Positions 23,125 to 32,000 of a DNA stretch of 32,000 nucleotides are shown in pieces (the stretch's first letter is position 1; every line of letters starts with the position of its first letter). The position numbers and the translations under genes were made by a program. The DNA is from Candidatus Hadarchaeales archaeon. Its GTDB lineage: Archaea; Hadarchaeota; Hadarchaeia; Hadarchaeales; Hadarchaeaceae. The stretch covers positions 300,001 through 332,000 of the forward strand of contig JAWBCC010000001.1 of assembly GCA_038823825.1 (NCBI GenBank). The letters run 5' to 3'. The notes under the pieces are model-generated. The model was given only the letters and a program-made list of their open reading frames with translations, had not been told where the DNA came from and did no database searches.

Positions 23125-24203
23125 TATCTCCGACGAAAAAAGTAAAAAAATTTTTCAAGTCTGGAGCAACATACCCATATTCTTCGGCTTATGGTGAAAA
23201 AGCTGAGGAGTACATAAATCTATCCTCGAACGAGAGTCCTTATGGTCCCTCTCCGAGCATAAAAAGGTTGATTAAAAAAGAAATCACCAAACTCTCGCTC
23301 TATCCCGATCCGGCTTGCACAGAACTCAAACGAGAAATTTCAAAATTTTTGGAAGTTTCTCCAGACTGTTTAGTCATAGGAAATGGCTCCGATGAAATAA
23401 TGGACCTTGTCTGCAAGGCTTTTCTAGAAGAGGGAGAGAAAGTCTTCATTCCTTTGCCATCATTTGCTATTTATGAAATGGTCAGCCGGCTTTACGGTGG
23501 ATGTTTGAGATTCTACAAATTGCCAAAGTTTGAATGGAGAAATGACATAGCTTCGAAAGCCCGAGGATGCAAGTTAGCATTTGTTGGCAGACCAAACAAT
23601 CCGACCGGTAATCTTCCACCAAAATCTTTGGTAGAAAAGATCTCCAAAATGGTCGGAATTCTCGTCATAGACGAAGCATACATCGAATTTTCGGACGAGG
23701 AGTCTCTCGCGAAATGGGCTTCTGAGCAATCAAACGTGCTAGTATTAAGAACTTTTTCGAAGGCCTTCGGCTTGGCTGGTTTGAGAATAGGTTACGGGGT
23801 TGGAAATCCCAAGCTAGTTCAGCTTCTGGATGCAATAAGGTTGCCGTTCAACATAAACAGAATCGCGCAAGCAGCCGCAATAGCAGCTCTGCGGGATAAA
23901 AAATACTTTGAGAGAGTAGTTCGAATAATAAAAAGCGAACGGGAAAAAATGGCAAAAGAATTGAAATCTTTGGGTCTGAGGCCGTTACCTTCTCAAGCTA
24001 ACTTTTTAATGGTCGATGTAAAACCTTGGAATGTGAACGCGGAAGATTTCTGTAAAATGCTCATGAGGAAAAAAATTCTCGTTCGCAGTCTTGTAAACTT
24101 TAGAGGAGCGGGAGAGAACTTCGTGAGGATAACGATAGGAAGCCCGGAGCAAAACAGAGAGCTGATCGCAGCTCTTAAGGAACTTAGGAGGAATTTGTCA
24201 TGA
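23121..24203 (+). CDS. hisC: Histidinol-phosphate aminotransferase
   Basis: Motifs LSSNESPYGPSP, YPDP, NPTGN, DEAYIEF and the PLP-lysine context RTFSKAFGLAGLRIGY match HisC. Confidence 0.93.
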   Translation: MISPTKKVKKFFKSGATYPYSSAYGEKAEEYINLSSNESPYGPSPSIKRLIKKEITKLSLYPDPACTELKREISKFLEVSPDCLVIGNGSDEIMDLVCKAFLEEGEKVFIPLPSFAIYEMVSRLYGGCLRFYKLPKFEWRNDIASKARGCKLAFVGRPNNPTGNLPPKSLVEKISKMVGILVIDEAYIEFSDEESLAKWASEQSNVLVLRTFSKAFGLAGLRIGYGVGNPKLVQLLDAIRLPFNINRIAQAAAIAALRDKKYFERVVRIIKSEREKMAKELKSLGLRPLPSQANFLMVDVKPWNVNAEDFCKMLMRKKILVRSLVNFRGAGENFVRITIGSPEQNRELIAALKELRRNLS

Positions 24204-25066
24204 CAGAAATTCTGCTGGCGATACCTAACAAAGGCAGGCTCTATGAACCAACCATGAGATTGCTCGAAGATGCCGGATTTGGCTCAATAGACAGAGGGGA
24301 AAGGCAGCTTTTTGCAAAAACAAGAGATCCTTCGGTTATGCTGGTTTTTGCCAGAGCCCAAGACATACCGAAACTCGTAGAAAGAGGAGCAATGGATTTG
24401 GGAATCACAGGTTTGGATCTGGTGATCGAGAGTGGATCGAAGCTGGTTGAACTTCTCGATTTGGAATACGGAAAGGCAAAATTAGTTGTCGCAGTGAGCG
24501 AATCTTCAGGCATAAAAAAGATATCAGATATCCCAGCAGGTAGCCGGGTAGCAACCGAGTTTCCAAAAATAGCTTCAGAGTTTTTCAAGAAAAAGAAAAT
24601 CAGAGTTGAAATTTCAGAGATCTCAGGATCAGCAGAAATAACACCCCTGATAGGAATGGCAGACTTGGTGGTGGATCTCGTCAGTACCGGTACCACAATG
24701 AAGATGCACGGTTTGACGATTATCGAGGAAATTTTAGACACGTCAGCCAGGTTATTTGCGAATCCAACCAGCCTGAAAAATAAACGTCAGAAAATCGAGC
24801 AAATAAAAACGGCGATCGAGAGTGTCGTGAGAGCTAGAGGAAAAAAGCTGATCCTTATGAACATTCCGGCCGAAAAGCTTGATGAGATTAAGAAAATCGT
24901 TCCAGGAATGTCAGGTCCAACGGTTTCGAAGGTTGAGGCCGAAGTCCCCATGCTCGCGATTCAGGCGGTGGTGGAAGCCCAAAGAGTGGACGAAGTAGTT
25001 CGGCGAGCAAAACAGGTTGGAGCGAGAGATATTCTAGTAGTCCCTATCGAGCGCGTTCTTCCGTAG
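24200..25066 (+). CDS. hisG: ATP phosphoribosyltransferase (long form)
   Basis: Motifs LLAIPNKGRL, DLGITGLD and DLVSTGTTM, plus a C-terminal regulatory domain of about 80 aa. It overlaps hisC as ATGA. Confidence 0.93.
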   Translation: MTEILLAIPNKGRLYEPTMRLLEDAGFGSIDRGERQLFAKTRDPSVMLVFARAQDIPKLVERGAMDLGITGLDLVIESGSKLVELLDLEYGKAKLVVAVSESSGIKKISDIPAGSRVATEFPKIASEFFKKKKIRVEISEISGSAEITPLIGMADLVVDLVSTGTTMKMHGLTIIEEILDTSARLFANPTSLKNKRQKIEQIKTAIESVVRARGKKLILMNIPAEKLDEIKKIVPGMSGPTVSKVEAEVPMLAIQAVVEAQRVDEVVRRAKQVGARDILVVPIERVLP

Positions 25067-25074
25067 GTGACGGC

Positions 25075-25788
25075 ATGCTTATCATCCCGGCAGTAGACAT
25101 AAGCCAAGGAAGGTGCGTACAGCTGGTGGAGGGAAAGATAGAAACCGCGAAGATCTACGGAGACCCTGTTGAGTGGGCGAAGAATTGGCAAAGAGAAGGG
25201 GCAAAATGCTTGCACGTGGTGGATCTCGATGCAGCACTCGGCTTAGGGGACAATCTGGGAAAGATTTTGGAGATTCTTAGCGAAATCAAAATTCCAGTCC
25301 AAGTAGGTGGAGGGATAAGAACTCTCGAAAGAGCAAAATCGCTGATAATGGCCGGAGCCAAGCGTTTAGCAGTTGGAACAATCGCAATTAGGAATCCGGA
25401 GCTCTTGGACGCGCTTATCAGCGAATTTGGAGGGAAAAAATTGGTTATAGCAATTGACTCTAGACGTGGAAAGATAGCTGTGGAGGGGTGGCAGAAAACG
25501 GTAGATCTAAGTCCTCAGGAAACTGTGAAAAATTTTGAGAAGAAAGGCGTTTGGGGTTTCCTTTTCACTTGCGTAGACGTGGAGGGGAAAATGTCTGGAG
25601 TAGATATAGAAGAAACGAGAAAGCTGGTTTCTTTGACAAATCTGCCTGTTATAGCGTCTGGGGGCGTCGGAAATCTCGATGATATACGAAAACTGAAATC
25701 GACTGGAGTCTATGGAGTGATCATCGGAAAGACGTTATATGATGGGAGATTTAGTTTGCAAGAGGCGATGGAGGTAGCGTCAACATGA
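25075..25788 (+). CDS. hisA: ProFAR isomerase
   Basis: Motifs MLIIPAVDISQGRCVQLVEG, VQVGGGIR, IASGGVG and VIIGKTLYDG match HisA. Confidence 0.93.
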   Translation: MLIIPAVDISQGRCVQLVEGKIETAKIYGDPVEWAKNWQREGAKCLHVVDLDAALGLGDNLGKILEILSEIKIPVQVGGGIRTLERAKSLIMAGAKRLAVGTIAIRNPELLDALISEFGGKKLVIAIDSRRGKIAVEGWQKTVDLSPQETVKNFEKKGVWGFLFTCVDVEGKMSGVDIEETRKLVSLTNLPVIASGGVGNLDDIRKLKSTGVYGVIIGKTLYDGRFSLQEAMEVAST

Positions 25789-26354
25789 GAGATTGCACAG
25801 TTCACCGCAAAACGAAGGAAACGGACATAAAGGTAAAAATCAACTTAGACGGTTCAGGGAAATCTTCTATTGAAACCGGAATCGAATTTTTAAATCACAT
25901 GTTGGCGTCCATGGCAAAGCACGGACGATTTGACCTAGAGGTGACTGCTACTGGTGATTTGAAGCACCACATTGTGGAAGATGTTGCCATATGTCTTGGT
26001 CTGGCTGTGGACAAAGCGCTTGGAGAAAAGAAAGACATAGCGAGGATAGGAACTGCGGTAGTTCCAATGGATGACGCCTTGGTTCTCGTTGCTGTCGATC
26101 TGAGCGGTAGGGCCTATTCAGACATATCTCTTAAGGCCAAGGCTAGGAAAATCGAGGACATAAGTGCAGATCTTTTGGAACATTTCCTAGATACTTTTGC
26201 GAAAAATGGGAGATTTAATCTTCACGTTATTGTTTTAAAGGGCAAGAATGATCACCACAAGATTGAGGCGGCTTTCAAGGCTTTGGGGGCAGCGCTTCGA
26301 GAAGCAGTAAAACAAATCGGAGGAGGTATCCCGAGCACAAAGGGTGTACTCTAG
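25785..26354 (+). CDS. hisB: Imidazoleglycerol-phosphate dehydratase (monofunctional)
   Basis: Motifs RKTKETDIKV, FLNHML, HHIVEDVAI, DDAL and NDHHKIEAAFKA match IGPD. At 189 aa there is no fused phosphatase domain. Confidence 0.93.
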   Translation: MRDCTVHRKTKETDIKVKINLDGSGKSSIETGIEFLNHMLASMAKHGRFDLEVTATGDLKHHIVEDVAICLGLAVDKALGEKKDIARIGTAVVPMDDALVLVAVDLSGRAYSDISLKAKARKIEDISADLLEHFLDTFAKNGRFNLHVIVLKGKNDHHKIEAAFKALGAALREAVKQIGGGIPSTKGVL

Positions 26355-27653
26355 ATGATGAGAGTGGTAGAGCTTTCAAAATGCTCTCCAAAAGAACGGA
26401 AAGAGCTTTTGAAGAGATCTGAGATTCGCATAGAATCTGTTCTCCGCGACGTCGCAAAGATAGTTGATGATGTGAGAAGAAGGGGTGACAGAGCATTGCT
26501 GGAGTATACAAAGAAATTCGATAAAGTAACGATTTTCCAAAAGAGGCTTAGGGTATCTGAAGATGAAATAGAGCAGGCGGTTAGGGCTTGTGATGAAGAG
26601 ACAATCAAAGCCTTGGAAAATCTGGCTCGTGCAATTCGTAAATTTCACCTGAAACAACTTCCAAGGGAATGGTTTGCCGAAATCTCGAAAGGAGTAACTT
26701 TAGGTCAAGTCTTAAGGCCGTTAGACAGAGTGGGGGTCTATGTTCCTGGAGGACAAGCTAGATATCCATCTACTCTTCTGATGGGAACGGTTCCGGCAAA
26801 GGTGGCCGGTGTGAAGGAAGTAATAGTTTGCACGCCGCCAATGCGCGACGGAAGTGTCAATTCTGTAATTCTGGCTGCGGCAAAGATAGCGAAAGTGGAT
26901 GCAGTTTTCCGAGTAGGTGGAGCTCAAGCAATCGCGGCAATGGCATACGGCACCGAAAGTATTCCAAAAGTTGATAAAATTGTTGGTCCCGGCAATATCT
27001 ACGTCTCCGCTGCCAAAAGGTTGGTCTCATCCGTTGTCGATGTGGATTTTGAAGCCGGGCCAACTGAATTGCTCATCGTCGCTGATGAGAGCGCCAGTCC
27101 AGTTTTTCTTGCTGCAGACATCATCGCTCAAGCGGAACACGACGTGGAAGCCGCCTGCGTGCTCGTTACCACGAGTCGCGATCTAGCAAGAGAAACGCAA
27201 AAATGGATTATGAAACTTTTGGTCGAAATCCCTCGAAAAAATATAGTTATAGAGTCTCTCAATAGACGCGGATTGATAGTTTTAGTAAAAAATCTTCAGG
27301 AAGCAATAGATTTTGCGAACGATTACGCTCCGGAACATTTGGAGCTTGTTGTGAAGAATTCCAAGAAATATCTCAAAAAAGTCAGAAACGCTGGAGCGAT
27401 ATTCTTAGGTAGCTTTTCTCCGGTAGCTGTTGGAGACTTGGCTTCCGGACCGAACCACATTCTCCCCACTGGAGGTAAAGCGAGATTTCGTTCAGGGCTT
27501 TCGGTTTTAGATTTTCTGAAGATTTTGAGTGTTCAAGAGCTCACTAGAAAGGGCTTAAAACGATTGGCTCCGATCGTTAATGCGATCGCTAAGGTTGAGG
27601 ATCTTGAGGCGCATTCTTTAAGCGTAAAGGTGAGACTTCAAAGGGAGGATTAA
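26355..27653 (+). CDS. hisD: Histidinol dehydrogenase
   Basis: 432 aa. Motifs YVPGGQARYPSTLLM, GGAQAIAAMAYGT, GPGNIYV, AQAEHD, APEHLEL and GPNHILPT match HisD. Confidence 0.95.
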   Translation: MMRVVELSKCSPKERKELLKRSEIRIESVLRDVAKIVDDVRRRGDRALLEYTKKFDKVTIFQKRLRVSEDEIEQAVRACDEETIKALENLARAIRKFHLKQLPREWFAEISKGVTLGQVLRPLDRVGVYVPGGQARYPSTLLMGTVPAKVAGVKEVIVCTPPMRDGSVNSVILAAAKIAKVDAVFRVGGAQAIAAMAYGTESIPKVDKIVGPGNIYVSAAKRLVSSVVDVDFEAGPTELLIVADESASPVFLAADIIAQAEHDVEAACVLVTTSRDLARETQKWIMKLLVEIPRKNIVIESLNRRGLIVLVKNLQEAIDFANDYAPEHLELVVKNSKKYLKKVRNAGAIFLGSFSPVAVGDLASGPNHILPTGGKARFRSGLSVLDFLKILSVQELTRKGLKRLAPIVNAIAKVEDLEAHSLSVKVRLQRED

Positions 27654-27655
27654 GG

Positions 27656-27934
27656 ATGGGAACCGAGATTTTGGATGAAATATTCGAGGTAATACTCGAT
27701 CGAAAAAGAAATCCGAAACCCGACTCCTATGTTTCTAAACTTCTTTCTACTGGAGAAGCCAGCGACAAGGTTCTAGAAGAGGCAAGTGAACTAGTTGAGG
27801 CAGCAAGAGAAAAGGAGAAGAAGGAAATAATACACGAAGCAGCGGATTTAATTTTCCACACATTGGTTTTGATGGCCGAGAAAGATGTTCACATAGCTGA
27901 AGTAATGGATGAACTTAAAAAAAGGCGCAGGTAA
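27656..27934 (+). CDS. hisE: Phosphoribosyl-ATP pyrophosphatase
   Basis: 92 aa. SYVSKLL, KVLEEASELVEAA and EAADLIFHTLVLM are typical of the MazG-like HisE. Confidence 0.9.
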   Translation: MGTEILDEIFEVILDRKRNPKPDSYVSKLLSTGEASDKVLEEASELVEAAREKEKKEIIHEAADLIFHTLVLMAEKDVHIAEVMDELKKRRR

Positions 27935-27958
27935 TCAAAAGCCGGGGCGTGGAGTGTG

Positions 27959-28360
27959 ATGAAACTTTCGGAGAAACGGGCGAACGATGTTATCAAAAGG
28001 CTCAAATTCAGAAACGGATTAGTTTTAGCTGTTGTCTGCGATTCAAAGACAAAGGAAATTTTGATGGTTGGGTATCAAAATCGCGAAGCGGTTAAGCGTT
28101 CTTTTACAGAAGGTAGAATGTACTTCTGGAGCAGAGAGAGAAGAAAACTTTGGCTGAAAGGTGAGACATCAGGACATTTCCAATACATAGAGCGAATAAG
28201 AATTGACTGTGATGGAGATGCAATTTTATATTACGTGAAACAAGTGGGGGGAGCTTGCCACGAAGGTTACAAGAGCTGCTTTTATCGTGAATTAACACGA
28301 GAAGGCATCAAAGTAGTGGAGAAAAAGATCTTCGATCCAGAAAAAGTTTACAGGTCCTAG
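27959..28360 (+). CDS. hisI: Phosphoribosyl-AMP cyclohydrolase
   Basis: Motifs WSRERRKLWLKGETSGHFQ, IDCDGDAILY and GGACHEGYKSCFYR match HisI. The ATG at 27959 follows an in-frame GTG at 27956. Confidence 0.92.
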   Translation: MKLSEKRANDVIKRLKFRNGLVLAVVCDSKTKEILMVGYQNREAVKRSFTEGRMYFWSRERRKLWLKGETSGHFQYIERIRIDCDGDAILYYVKQVGGACHEGYKSCFYRELTREGIKVVEKKIFDPEKVYRS

Positions 28361-29424
28361 GATTTTTTGAAACCAATTCCTTCAACCGAAATTCGAGCAA
28401 ATTCTCCCATCTCGCCCTTTATATCAAACCTAACACCGACAATTTTCTCCATGAGTATTATGTTAGTCATCGTATGGAGAGTTAGCTTAGCGCAGCTTAT
28501 TTCAGATCTCCCGTTAGCTATTGCCATATATGGAATAAGCTGGTCAGCCAAATGTTCATCGACACCCGCACCACTAGAAAGTTGTGCTGCAAGTTTGTTG
28601 GCAGCTTCCTCTCCAACTCTCTCGGCAGGTTTGCCTGGCTTTCCCAAAGCACTGGCTCCTAGAATGCATCCATTTTCGGTTTCGGCCCAGAGGGTTATCC
28701 CGGCTCCGGGAGCAAGGTGTGGATCCTCTTCAGGTTTGTATGTTTCTTTCTTAATTTCGATATTTGAGTATCCTGCTCTCAAAAGCTTTTTGGTCGCGGC
28801 ATGTGCCATTCTTTGTGCAACGTTTGGTGGCAGTTTGACCGAATGTGCAATTCCAAGAATTCTCTCGACCTTGCCGGGCTCTGTGAGAACAATTGATTTG
28901 AGGATCTCAATCGGTTCGATCTCGGCCTTGATTAAACCTCCGCCCACGGGATAATGTCCTCGTCTTAAGCATTCTATTTTAGCCCGGTATCCCATTTTTT
29001 CCAGAATTCTGAGAGTCACATTTTTCCAAAAATCAATCGGTGGAGCCATGGGATTGTCCGTTCCCCCCGAAATTTCTACTGTGATTGAGCCATCGGCGAA
29101 GGCGGCTGGAGGCATAATGGTTTGAAGAATCAGAGTGGTGCTTCCAGCAGTTCCTATGTCTATCCTGTAATTTCCACTTAAAATCTTACCCGGGTAAAAG
29201 TGTATCTCCGTACTCCCGATTTGCGCACCCTTGACTTCTCCACTAGTTATTTCCGCAAGAGCTTTTATCGCTTTCAAATGTTGAGGCTGCAAACCAGGTT
29301 TTGGTCTTTTTGCACGGATGTTGAAGATTCTGACAGGTTTTCCAAGCAAGGCACAAATAGCAGTAGATATCCTGACCACGGAGCCTCCGCCTTCTCCAAT
29401 AGATCCATCTATCTCGAGCATCAC
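28357..29424 (-). CDS. rtcA: RNA 3'-terminal phosphate cyclase
   Basis: 355 aa. Motifs IDGSIGEGGGSVVRISTAICALLGKPVRIFNIRAKRPKPGLQPQHL, GTAGSTTLILQT and the DEHLADQL...HT region match RtcA. Confidence 0.92.
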   Translation of the reverse strand: MMLEIDGSIGEGGGSVVRISTAICALLGKPVRIFNIRAKRPKPGLQPQHLKAIKALAEITSGEVKGAQIGSTEIHFYPGKILSGNYRIDIGTAGSTTLILQTIMPPAAFADGSITVEISGGTDNPMAPPIDFWKNVTLRILEKMGYRAKIECLRRGHYPVGGGLIKAEIEPIEILKSIVLTEPGKVERILGIAHSVKLPPNVAQRMAHAATKKLLRAGYSNIEIKKETYKPEEDPHLAPGAGITLWAETENGCILGASALGKPGKPAERVGEEAANKLAAQLSSGAGVDEHLADQLIPYMAIANGRSEISCAKLTLHTMTNIILMEKIVGVRFDIKGEMGEFARISVEGIGFKKS

Positions 29425-29458
29425 TCAAATAAGAGATTTCAACCAAAAAAGAATATGT

Positions 29459-31083
<1,625 letters not shown>

Positions 31084-31091
<8 letters not shown>

Positions 31092-32000
31092 CGAGAAGAA
31101 TGTTCACAATTTCTTCCGGCTTGAATTCGATAATGTCATCGTAGCTTTGTCCAGTACCCAGAAAGATGATCGGCTTTCCAGTGACATATGCGACGGAAAG
31201 AGCAGCCCCTCCTCTCGCATCTGCATCCATCTTACAAAGTATCGATCCGCTTATGCCCACTGCTTCATTGAAAGATTTCGCCTGCTCTACTGCATCATTG
31301 CCGGCCAATGCGTCACCAACGAAAATTACAGCATCGGGTTTGCTAATTCTGACTATCTTCTTCATTTCGTCCATCAGATTTACATCAGTTTGCATTCTCC
31401 CCGCCGTGTCTACGAGAACGACGTCGTATCCATTTGCTTTTGCATGCTGTATTGCATCGTAGGCTACTGCCGCAGCATCAGCTCCTCTGCGTTGTTTTAC
31501 TACCGGGATTTGCAGTCTTTGAGCATGAATCTCAATCTGTTCAATCCCTGCGGCTCTAAACGTGTCTGCGGCAGCTAGCACTACCTTAAATCCTCTATCT
31601 TTCAAGAATTTTCCGAGCTTGGCAATCGTAGTGGTTTTTCCGGTGCCGTTTATTCCAACGAAAACTATGACGGCCGGATTTCCAGTTTTCCTCTTTTCCT
31701 TGATCAATTCGAGTAGATCTAGCTTTTCCTTAGGAGTCAACACTTCCAACAAAATTTTTCTAAGAATTTCTGTCACGACTTTTTTTGGATCTTCGTCGGC
31801 CTTGATCTTCTTTTCGGCAAGTTCACTTTTTAATTTCTCGGTAACGTAAGCTACTACCGGGAGAGCGACATCGCTCTCGAGCAGAGAAACCTCAAGGTCC
31901 CATATTATGTCTTCCAGATCTTCTGGTGAGAGTTTGCGAAAGATTATTTTCTTGATTGCTCTTCTTACCGTTCTTTTTGGCTTTTCCGGCGGAGGCGGAA
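31084..32000 (-). CDS. ftsY: Signal recognition particle receptor FtsY (5' end beyond window edge)
   Basis: The NG domain shows GINGTGKTTTIAKL, DTAGR and KMD. The frame stays open upstream of the ORF-track GTG at 31776 to position 32000 (...LSPEDLEDIIWDLEVSLLESDVALPVVAYVTEKLK...), so the N-terminus is truncated by the window. Confidence 0.92.

Noticed and set aside
27956-27962. GUGAUGA, a perfect C-box-like heptamer, in the hisE-hisI junction
   Set aside because: There is no CUGA at guide distance, no C'/D' pair and no terminal stem. The sequence is simply the GTG/ATG start region of hisI.
29318-29458. 47-codon upstream extension of the MGMT-family ORF
   Set aside because: It overlaps the rtcA 5' coding region on the opposite strand and is Pro/Ser-rich. 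The conserved MGMT domain begins right after the ATG at 29459.

Overview
This is a gene-dense archaeal chromosomal window, about 95% coding. Evidence for archaeal origin: uL3/uL4 of the archaeal type, an archaeal NMN adenylyltransferase, Lrp/AsnC, a PAC2 proteasome-chaperone homologue, a C/D box sRNA, AT-rich TATA boxes about 27 nt upstream of start codons, and GGAGGTGA Shine-Dalgarno sites. All family assignments come from motifs I recognised by eye; no database search was run.

Most of the content is housekeeping:
- The head of the rpl3-rpl4 ribosomal operon.
- Two aminotransferases, one class V and IlvE.
- A split histidine regulon: hisF-hisH at 12.9-14.2 kb, and a tightly coupled X-hisC-G-A-B-D-E-I operon at 22.2-28.4 kb, divergent from an Lrp/AsnC regulator.
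- argS, deoC, an M29 aminopeptidase, rtcA, thpR, nadM, a DUF62 SAM hydrolase and a 5'-truncated ftsY.

I saw no rRNA, tRNA, CRISPR array, transposase, integrase or recognisable defence gene.

The stretches that housekeeping does not explain are:
1. A six-gene, translationally coupled minus-strand operon (8356-12114). Every product starts with a prepilin-like or signal-anchor N-terminus, none has a domain I recognise, and there is no pilus ATPase, platform protein or peptidase nearby.
2. A four-gene coupled operon DUF72 / MBL hydrolase / DUF504 (MJ1316-type) / small helical protein (6406-8393).
3. A previously unannotated C/D box sRNA (12757-12825). Its two guides match my recollection of the 16S decoding centre and the 23S peptidyl-transferase centre.
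4. An uncharacterised twin-GGGGD protein that leads and is start/stop-coupled to the his operon. That operon lacks any histidinol-phosphate phosphatase.
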